DNA of 5,161 nucleotides from a virus (Duplodnaviria; Heunggongvirae; Uroviricota; Caudoviricetes): IMG/VR virus record IMGVR_UViG_2526164688_000026; one strand, 5' to 3'. Shown piece by piece: positions 1 to 5,161 of this stretch (position 1 is its first letter; each line of letters starts with the position of its first letter). The notes under the pieces were generated by a model. It saw only the letters and a program-made list of their open reading frames with translations, ran no database searches and was not told where the DNA came from. The position numbers and the translations under genes were made by a program.

Positions 1-1
1 C

Positions 2-34
2 TCCGCCACGCCGCTGGGCAACCTGATTAACTAA
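2..34 (+). CDS. 3' end of an upstream gene (partial, frame 2, C-terminus ...SATPLGNLIN, stop TAA 32-34); product unknown
   Basis: All three + frames have stops at 24-34. Only frame 2 uses enterobacterial-preferred codons (tcc gcc acg ccg ctg ggc aac ctg att aac) up to the stop. Too short to assign a function. Confidence 0.3.
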   Translation, partial: SATPLGNLIN

Positions 35-110
35 AAGCCTGGACGCACAGGAAAAACAGGACAAAACCATCACACTGGCAGGAGACGCCAGAAAACAGGC
101 ACGCGGCGCG

Positions 111-308
111 GTGGATGAAGCCATGGCCTCGCTGCGCCTGCTGCCGTCCTATCTGCGCGATCCGCTTATTCGCCACCTCTCCTTCCTGCGCAAAAAACAG
201 GAAGCCGATCGTCAGAAAGGAAAAACGCCAGGCAGGCAGAACGCTATGCGCGTGGGACCCTGCGCAAAATATTCGAACGTCTGGAGCGCACCGATCACCG
301 CTGGCTGA
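111..308 (+). CDS. Probable 5' segment of the replication initiator gene, read in frame 3 (MDEAMASLRLLPSYLRDPLIRHLSFLRKKQEADRQKGK...), out of frame with the main ORF
   Basis: Frame 3 from GTG 111 / ATG 123 has strongly coding-like codon usage up to about 224, after which frame 2 becomes the coding-like frame. Frame 2 is open without a start codon from 119 to 353. Weak SD-like GTGGA 8 nt before ATG 123. The tail of this ORF (228-308) looks non-coding in frame 3. Confidence 0.4.
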   Translation: MDEAMASLRLLPSYLRDPLIRHLSFLRKKQEADRQKGKTPGRQNAMRVGPCAKYSNVWSAPITAG

Positions 309-352
309 CACCGGGTTATCGCTCCCTTGCCGGACGCGAACGCCTGGACGAT

Positions 353-2587
353 TTGCTTTACCTGCCGCAGCTCAACAAACACCAGATACAGACGCTGGCC
401 ACCATGACGGCGGCGATGTTCAGTGGCACTTTTGAAAAACTCTGCGATGGCTTTGGCGCGACCGATGGCGAGCTGACCATGGATGTAACGCTGAAGGCGT
501 ATCAGATGCTGGCCCGCATGGCGTTACACCTGCACGCCATGCCTCCGCATTATGACGCACTGACAACAGACAAAGACCGGAGGAACGAACCGGACACGGA
601 GCTGCTGCCGGGCGCAATCCTTCGCCTGACCTGTGCGGACTGGTGGAAACGCAAACTGTGGCTGTTACGTTGCGAATGGCGGGAAGAACAACTCCGCGCC
701 GCCTGTCTGGTTTCCAGAAAAACATCACCCTATCTGAGCCAGGACGCGTTAAGCGAGTTTCGCGCACAGCGCGAGAAAACACGCGATTTCCTGAAAAGTT
801 TCATGCTGGAAAATGAAGACGGGTTCACGATTGATCTCGAGACAGTGTATTACGCGGGAGTAAGTAACCCGGTTCACCGTAAGGCAGAAATGATGGCCAC
901 CATGAAGGGGCTGGAACTTCTGGCCGAAGCCCGTGGCGACAAAGCGGTGTTTCTGACTGTCACCTGCCCGTCAAAATACCACGCAACAACGGAGAACGGT
1001 CATCCGAACCCCAAATGGAACGGGGCCACCATGCGCGACTCCAGCGATTACCTGGTTAACACGTTTTTTGCGGCGGTCCGCAAAAAACTGAACCGCGACG
1101 GCCTGCGCTGGTATGGCATCCGCACGGTGGAACCTCACCATGACGGCACCGTGCACTGGCATATGATGGTCTTTGCTCATCCGGAAGAAATCGACACTAT
1201 TGTGTCCCACACCCGCGATATTGCCATTCAGGAAGATCGTCACGAGCTGGGTGATGATATTACTCCGCGCTTTAAGGCGGAGTATGTCGACGGCTCAAAA
1301 GGCACACCGACCAGCTACATCGCCACCTACATCGGAAAGAACCTGGACAGCCGTGCCGTGGATGGCATCGACCCGAAAACGGGCAAGCCACGCGTTGACC
1401 ACGAAACCGGAAAATCAATGGCCGAGAGCGTGGAGCGCGCCATCGGCTGGGCGCGCCTTCACCGGGTCCGCCAGTTCCAGTTCTTTGGCATCCCCTCCCG
1501 TCAGGTGTGGCGTGAACTGCGCCGCCTTGCCAACCAGATGGCACGCAACCAGGAAGGCCCGCAACGGCTGAAGGATGACGCAATGGATGCAGTGCTCGCT
1601 GCCGCTGATGCCGGATGTTTTGCCACCTACATAGAGAAACAGGGCGGCGTACTTGTTCCACGCAAAGACTACCTGATTCGCACCGCCTACGACCTCGCCG
1701 ATGAGCTGAACGATTACGGCGAACAGAGCGTACAGATTTACGGGATCTGGTCACCACTCATCGGGGAATCCTCCCGTGTGTGCACGCATCCGGATAACTG
1801 GAAGCTGGTAAGACGCAAACCGGAAGCGGAAGACAGTGCCCGCGAAAATGGTTTTGACCTTCAGGGCGGCCCTGCCGCCCCTTGGACTCGTGGCAATAAC
1901 TGTCCCCGTGTACAGGAAACGAACAACAACGGGACAGAACAGCCGGAAGAACGGACAACACCGTGGCCGCAGCTCCCTGACGGCGTTGAAGTGAACGAAT
2001 GGATGCGCTCACTGAAACGGCACGAACGCCGGGCGCTGATGCGTTCGCTTCGTGACAAACAGGCAAAAAACAGCAGTGATGAAATGCAGAGCTGGACACA
2101 GAGCCGCAAACAGCAGCGGCCTTTGCCTGATAACCACGAATTACTCGCTAAAGAATGGCGGGAGTCTGCTGAATCTCTCGGCCTGCATATCGGTGAACAA
2201 CAGATGCAGCACCTGTTACGGGGCGGCAGTCTGTACGTTGACGGCAGCATCATTGCACCGCAGGGATTTGAAATTGTACGCAAACCGGATACCCGCCCGG
2301 ACAGCCGAATCACGCAGCTCTGGCAGCGCCTGAGCCGTAATCATGGCGTAAGCAGTACGGAGATCCGCCATAACCCGGTCGCCAGCTATCTGGCACAGCT
2401 GGGGGCATCAGACCCTGAAGCCGCCGCACGCCTGGCATCCACACTTCAGCAGGACCAGAACACCATGAAAACACCCGTTACCGTGCTTTCTGACATGCTG
2501 CGCGCCATCCGCGACGCAGAGCACGCACAGAGAATCAGTGAAACCACTGAACGCGCCCAGCCGCAAAGCAGACCTGCTGCGGGGTAG
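353..2587 (+). CDS. Rolling-circle replication initiator / replication endonuclease, phage P2 gpA family (HUH endonuclease superfamily)
   Basis: 744-aa ORF (TTG 353; in-frame ATG at 404) ending TAG 2585-2587. Contains VEPHHDGTVHWHMMVF (H-W-H at 1154-1162) and SYIATYIGKN (tyrosines at 1316-1318 and 1328-1330), matching from memory the HUH motif and two active-site tyrosines of P2 A protein. Low-complexity Asn/Glu/Pro-rich linker around 1900-1960. No convincing SD at 353 or 404; the true N-terminus probably lies upstream (see feature 111..308). Confidence 0.88.
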   Translation: MLYLPQLNKHQIQTLATMTAAMFSGTFEKLCDGFGATDGELTMDVTLKAYQMLARMALHLHAMPPHYDALTTDKDRRNEPDTELLPGAILRLTCADWWKRKLWLLRCEWREEQLRAACLVSRKTSPYLSQDALSEFRAQREKTRDFLKSFMLENEDGFTIDLETVYYAGVSNPVHRKAEMMATMKGLELLAEARGDKAVFLTVTCPSKYHATTENGHPNPKWNGATMRDSSDYLVNTFFAAVRKKLNRDGLRWYGIRTVEPHHDGTVHWHMMVFAHPEEIDTIVSHTRDIAIQEDRHELGDDITPRFKAEYVDGSKGTPTSYIATYIGKNLDSRAVDGIDPKTGKPRVDHETGKSMAESVERAIGWARLHRVRQFQFFGIPSRQVWRELRRLANQMARNQEGPQRLKDDAMDAVLAAADAGCFATYIEKQGGVLVPRKDYLIRTAYDLADELNDYGEQSVQIYGIWSPLIGESSRVCTHPDNWKLVRRKPEAEDSARENGFDLQGGPAAPWTRGNNCPRVQETNNNGTEQPEERTTPWPQLPDGVEVNEWMRSLKRHERRALMRSLRDKQAKNSSDEMQSWTQSRKQQRPLPDNHELLAKEWRESAESLGLHIGEQQMQHLLRGGSLYVDGSIIAPQGFEIVRKPDTRPDSRITQLWQRLSRNHGVSSTEIRHNPVASYLAQLGASDPEAAARLASTLQQDQNTMKTPVTVLSDMLRAIRDAEHAQRISETTERAQPQSRPAAG

Positions 2588-2610
2588 CCTGACCAGTGGA
2601 AACAAAAAAC

Positions 2611-2717
2611 AGACAGAAACGGGACTCACGAATCCCGTAAATGACCAAAAAACGCGCAGCGATATATGAAGCGCGCACAAAACAGGCAAAAACGGGATTT
2701 CAGAATCCCGTAAACGA
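2611..2717. promoter_or_regulatory. Candidate parC-like centromere / ParR operator with embedded parMR promoter
   Basis: Two imperfect direct repeats (about 2611-2644 and 2684-2717) of form cag(a/g)ca(g/a)aaACGGGA-N8-TCCCGTaaa(t/c)ga. Each holds a 6-bp inverted repeat, ACGGGA 2619-2624 / TCCCGT 2633-2638 and ACGGGA 2692-2697 / TCCCGT 2706-2711. Cores are 73 bp apart (about 7 helical turns). Between them is a GC dyad around a TATAT stretch (CGCGC 2653-2657 ... GCGCGC 2671-2676). Lies immediately upstream of parM. Promoter elements are weak matches only (possible -35 ATGACC 2641-2646, -10 TATATG 2663-2668). Confidence 0.4.
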
Positions 2718-2745
2718 TTAATTAATCAACATAAGGAAAAGCGAC

Positions 2746-3705
2746 ATGAAAATTTGTATCGACGACGGCTCCACCAACATCAAGCTGGCATGGACTGAGA
2801 ACGGCGAACGCCGCAACGCCATCAGCCCGAACAGCTTCAAGTCGGAATGGTCTGCGCCGTTCGGTGGCACGCAGCCCGCGAACTACATGCTTGATGGCGT
2901 GCGCTATGGTTTTGATCCGGTCAGCGATCGCTTTGTCCAGACGACCGACACGCAATACCAATACAGCGATGTGAATATCATTGCCATTCATCACGCGCTG
3001 GTCAAATCAGGCATCACACCACAGGAAGTGGATGTGGTTGTCACCCTGCCACTGAGCGAGTATTTCGATACAAACGCACAGCCGGACATGGCCAACATCA
3101 ACCGCAAAAAAGCGAACGTCATGCGCCCGGTGGAGTACCAGAACGGCGAAGCATTCACTATCCGTAACGTACGGGTTATGCCTGAATCCATTCCGGCTGG
3201 CTTTAAGGCACTGGCTGACATGAATCCGTTTGAATCCCTGCTGATTGTGGATTTGGGCGGAACCACGCTGGATGTGGCAAAGGTTCAGGGGCAACTGGCA
3301 GGTATCAGCCAGGTGTTTTGCGATCCACACGTAGGCGTTTCTCTGATGGCCGATGCCGTACTGTCGGTGATGGCCACTAACGGTATGCGCACCAGTCACC
3401 ACATCGCCAATACCATTATCGAACATCGCCATGATGAAGCCTGGCTGCGCCAGCACATCCACAATGACGCGCATTACGCCAGCCTGATGGCGGTAATTCG
3501 TGAAAAGGAAGAAACACTGAAACAACGCGTGATCCGCGCGCTGGCGGGTTTTTCGGGTTACGGTCGGGTGATGGTTGTCGGTGGCGGGGCGGAGATTGTG
3601 GCACCCGCTATCCGCGAAGCCTGCGGAGTTAATGCGACTTTCATCGCGGACGGGGTGCCACAGTTTGCTCTGGTTAATGGGCTGTACGCAATGGACAAGG
3701 AGTAA
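2746..3705 (+). CDS. parM: ParM / StbA actin-like plasmid segregation ATPase
   Basis: 319-aa ORF, ATG 2746 preceded by AGGA at 2734-2737, stop TAA 3703-3705. Motifs recalled from plasmid R1 ParM are present: IDDGSTNIKL (phosphate 1), YSDVN, HHAL, RKKAN, VMPESIPAG, LIVDLGGTTLD (phosphate 2), GVSL, FSGY, VMVVGGGAE, LVNG. Collinear over the full length. Confidence 0.9.
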   Translation: MKICIDDGSTNIKLAWTENGERRNAISPNSFKSEWSAPFGGTQPANYMLDGVRYGFDPVSDRFVQTTDTQYQYSDVNIIAIHHALVKSGITPQEVDVVVTLPLSEYFDTNAQPDMANINRKKANVMRPVEYQNGEAFTIRNVRVMPESIPAGFKALADMNPFESLLIVDLGGTTLDVAKVQGQLAGISQVFCDPHVGVSLMADAVLSVMATNGMRTSHHIANTIIEHRHDEAWLRQHIHNDAHYASLMAVIREKEETLKQRVIRALAGFSGYGRVMVVGGGAEIVAPAIREACGVNATFIADGVPQFALVNGLYAMDKE

Positions 3706-3709
3706 ACCA

Positions 3710-4021
3710 ATGACGACTCCAACCAGACGGATAAGTTTCTATCTGAAGCCTGCGGCCGTCAAGAACGAAAGCGAAGCATGCGCCTGGCTGGACAGCCTTA
3801 CACCGGAAGCCCGCAAAAGCGGCCAACGCGTGGCTTTTCTGGCCGGGCTGGCACTTCTGAAAATGAATCCAGCAGAGGCTTACCGACTGGCTGCATGGGC
3901 TGACGATGAGGCGTTATCAGTGACACAAACCAGGACAGAATGCCCCGCGTCACAGCCAGTATCAACCGCACAGATAACCAGTCAGATGGCCGGAAATATC
4001 CGGGCGTTATTTCCCGAATAA
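3710..4021 (+). CDS. parR: ParR / StbB-like centromere-binding adaptor (ribbon-helix-helix type) of the ParMR system
   Basis: 103-aa ORF, ATG 3710 with strong SD AAGGAG at 3698-3703, 4 nt after the parM stop (operon arrangement). N-terminus MTTPTRRISFYLKP...LDSLTPEARKSGQRVAFLAGLAL resembles R1 ParR (RRTIAFKLNP...LDSIPQGERSRLNRAALTAGLAL). The longer ORF-track start at 3575 lies inside parM and is rejected. Confidence 0.7.
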   Translation: MTTPTRRISFYLKPAAVKNESEACAWLDSLTPEARKSGQRVAFLAGLALLKMNPAEAYRLAAWADDEALSVTQTRTECPASQPVSTAQITSQMAGNIRALFPE

Positions 4022-4026
4022 CACAA

Positions 4027-4050
4027 CATCAGGGCGCATCCGCCCTGATG
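4027..4050 (+). terminator. Candidate intrinsic terminator after parR (perfect 10-bp stem, 4-nt loop)
   Basis: CATCAGGGCG (4027-4036) - CATC - CGCCCTGATG (4041-4050), 6 nt after the parR stop. The tail ACTTTAATCC is only moderately U-rich. Confidence 0.4.
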
Positions 4051-4119
4051 ACTTTAATCCGGGAACATAAACAAGGGGGACACAATGCAACACATTGACA
4101 GAGAAAAAGGAAAAAAAGC

Positions 4120-4527
4120 ATGAACAGAAAACAGAAACAAGAGTTGAAATACTTCTTACGTAAAGAAATTGCCAGGCTTGAAGATGCAGAGTCACAATCA
4201 TCAGAAATTCCGTTCGGAATGGATATCAACGACGCCCGTATGCTTCAGGCATACCGTATAGCTCAGGCTGCACTACAGACAAAACCGTTAAATAACATAC
4301 ATGAAAAGTATGATTATTTTACGGATACCGCTTGCTTGCTGACATCTGAAGAACAAAAGATAGCCCAACTTTTAGGCGACGCATGGAACCTGTATTTAAC
4401 ATTGCCAGTTGAGCATCCAATGGGTAGAGATGAATTTTGCCGGGCAATTCATCATTGCCAAAATATGGTGTTGGCACGCCCGGCCATCAGGGCGCTGGCC
4501 AGGAAGGGGCAAGGCTATAAAAGATAA
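4120..4527 (+). CDS. Hypothetical protein, 135 aa, low-GC cargo gene of unknown function
   Basis: ATG 4120 with AAGGA 8 nt upstream, stop TAA 4525-4527. Visibly AT-richer than flanking genes. Charged N-terminal region (NRKQKQELKYFLRKEIARLEDAE) and a C-terminal HPMGRDEFCRAIHHCQNMV segment. No motif I can assign with confidence. Confidence 0.6.
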   Translation: MNRKQKQELKYFLRKEIARLEDAESQSSEIPFGMDINDARMLQAYRIAQAALQTKPLNNIHEKYDYFTDTACLLTSEEQKIAQLLGDAWNLYLTLPVEHPMGRDEFCRAIHHCQNMVLARPAIRALARKGQGYKR

Positions 4528-4530
4528 GTA

Positions 4531-4557
4531 AAACGCCCTCCTCCAGAGCGTTTATTT
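4531..4557 (+). terminator. Possible intrinsic terminator of the hypothetical gene
   Basis: AAACGC (4531-4536) pairs with GCGTTT (4548-4553) around an 11-nt loop, followed by ATTTC. Short imperfect stem, so weak. Confidence 0.3.
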
Positions 4558-4560
4558 CAA

Positions 4561-4587
4561 TGCACAATAGTGCACAAATTTGCACGA
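4561..4587. repeat. Three helically phased direct repeats TGCAC(A/G)A at 10-bp spacing
   Basis: TGCACAA 4561-4567, TGCACAA 4571-4577, TGCACGA 4581-4587, followed by a T7 tract (4588-4594) and T5 (4602-4606). A fourth copy, TGCACAA, is at 4653-4659. Two copies contain the palindrome GTGCAC. Confidence 0.5.
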
Positions 4588-4657
4588 TTTTTTTGAACGA
4601 CTTTTTGCCTTTCCGGCCCGCGTGGCGGCTGGATCCGTCAGGGATCCGTGCGTGCAC

Positions 4658-4682
4658 AAAAAAACGCGCTTTTTCTGCGCGC
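4658..4682 (-). terminator. Candidate rho-independent terminator for leftward (minus-strand) transcription
   Basis: Minus-strand RNA reads GCGCGC-AGAAAAA-GCGCG-UUUUUUU: a 5-6 bp GC stem with 7-nt loop followed by U7. On the + strand the stem is not followed by a U-run. Confidence 0.45.
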
Positions 4683-4960
4683 AGGTGACGGGGGAACAGC
4701 CCGCGTTTCAGGGGGTAAATAGCATTCCCTGAACGATGTCGCAGAGACACAACAGAATGGCCATATTTCTCACGCTGAGCATGAAAAAGGCGTGAGGGCT
4801 TTTGATTTGATGGGGTGAAAGGTAAAGCCGTCAAAATCGCACTGAGGCAGCGAGAACATACAGTCAACGCGGTGGGATTGCGTAAGAGTCTGACCGTCGA
4901 TGGTGGCGATAAACTGGAAGGCGTCGTGAAATTATCTGACTGATACAGGAGCTGGAGAGT

Positions 4961-4985
4961 CGGGGCATAAATTTTTTATGCCCCG
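4961..4985. other. Strong hairpin (11-bp stem, 3-nt loop) just downstream of the convergent minus-strand gene; possible terminator or protein-binding dyad
   Basis: CGGGGCATAAA (4961-4971) pairs with TTTATGCCCCG (4975-4985). No U-tract follows on either strand, so a terminator role is uncertain. Confidence 0.35.
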
Positions 4986-5011
4986 GCGAAGCAGCAGACA
5001 AGCGAAGCGCG

Positions 5012-5161
5012 TCAGGATGTGGGCTGGGTGTCTAACAGTGCGTAAGGGTTAAAGCGGATCACCTCTTCGCCAAGCCAGTCATTGATGTGCTTCATGGCCT
5101 CCATGACAGGCATCAGCTCGTTAATTGCGTAAACCCGCGCGGCCTTCTCCACATCACCAAA
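5012..5161 (-). CDS. 3' end of a convergent minus-strand gene (partial, runs off the window); product unknown
   Basis: The only minus-strand frame open from the window edge: ...FGDVEKAARVYAINELMPVMEAMKHINDWLGEEVIRFNPYALLDTQPTS, stop TGA (+ strand 5012-5014). Codon usage is reasonable. The other two minus frames hit stops within 15 codons. Confidence 0.5.
   Translation of the reverse strand, partial: FGDVEKAARVYAINELMPVMEAMKHINDWLGEEVIRFNPYALLDTQPTS

Noticed and set aside
81-86. Strong Shine-Dalgarno-like AGGAGA upstream of the initiator gene region
   Set aside because: No ATG/GTG/TTG within 5-12 nt downstream. It sits in the loop of a small hairpin (CTGGC 75-79 / GCCAG 87-91) and is probably incidental.
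115-435. 106-aa + strand ORF in frame 1 overlapping the start of the initiator gene
   Set aside because: Cys/Arg-rich, non-protein-like translation with rare codons. It is an off-frame shadow of the coding frames 3 and 2.
420-2689. Several minus-strand and off-frame + ORFs of 90-160 aa inside the initiator gene (420..782, 971..1243, 1173..1571, 1272..1757, 1758..2099, 1861..2313, 2052..2333, 2408..2689)
   Set aside because: All lie inside or overlap a well-supported 744-aa coding frame, have Arg/Cys/Ser-rich low-complexity translations, and are the usual open shadow frames in GC-rich coding DNA.
2722-3604. Minus-strand ORFs inside parM (2722..2994, 2991..3266, 3007..3525, 3416..3604)
   Set aside because: They overlap the strongly supported parM frame and show no protein-like features.
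3575-3709. Upstream extension of the parR ORF (ORF-track start at 3575)
   Set aside because: The extension lies inside parM in another frame and lacks an RBS. ATG 3710 has a near-consensus SD (AAGGAG) and follows the parM stop.
4095-4100. Perfect -35 consensus TTGACA
   Set aside because: No acceptable -10 hexamer at 16-18 bp spacing; the expected -10 position coincides with the start codon of the cargo gene.
4616-4640. Resemblance of GCGTGGCGG (4620-4628) to the start of the P2/186-type cohesive-end sequence as I recall it
   Set aside because: Only about 9 of the first 10 positions match and the rest diverges. My recollection of the cos sequence is unverified and a match this short is expected by chance at appreciable frequency.
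4561-4660. Possible CRISPR-like or type III toxin-antitoxin repeat array
   Set aside because: Repeats are only 7 bp with 3-bp gaps and no spacer-like unique segments. No adjacent cas or toxin gene.
4757-4795. Twelve-codon + strand ORF MAIFLTLSMKKA, considered as a type I toxin-like hydrophobic peptide
   Set aside because: Too short for known membrane toxins, no RBS, and no obvious antisense partner.
4487-4867. 126-aa minus-strand ORF; also ORFs 4007..4201 and 4029..4229 on the minus strand
   Set aside because: Low-complexity translations that run through predicted terminators and overlap the + strand cargo gene. No RBS.

Overview
Read directly from the sequence (no searches run), this window looks like a replication-plus-partition module of an enterobacterial-type mobile element, followed by low-GC cargo and a structured non-coding region. 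(1) A large + strand gene (main ORF 353..2587) encodes a phage P2 gpA-family rolling-circle replication initiator: H-W-H (HUH) motif at 1154-1162 and paired tyrosines Y-I-A-T-Y at 1316-1330. Its true 5' end is probably upstream at 111/123 in another reading frame, implying a 1-nt frame break near an A-run. (2) A ParMR (StbA/StbB-type, actin-like) partition cassette follows: parM 2746..3705 and parR 3710..4021, preceded by a 158-bp intergenic region carrying two direct repeats each built around ACGGGA-N8-TCCCGT (candidate centromere/operator). (3) A low-GC 135-aa ORF of unknown function (4120..4527) is bracketed by an 11-bp direct repeat. (4) About 480 bp of structured non-coding DNA follows (phased TGCACAA repeats, T tracts, GC-rich dyads, a minus-strand intrinsic terminator). 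(5) The 3' end of a convergent minus-strand gene runs off the window (5012..5161). The combination of a P2-type initiator with a ParMR segrosome and a repeat-bounded low-GC insert is the most interesting aspect. All functional calls are motif- and memory-based and need homology confirmation.
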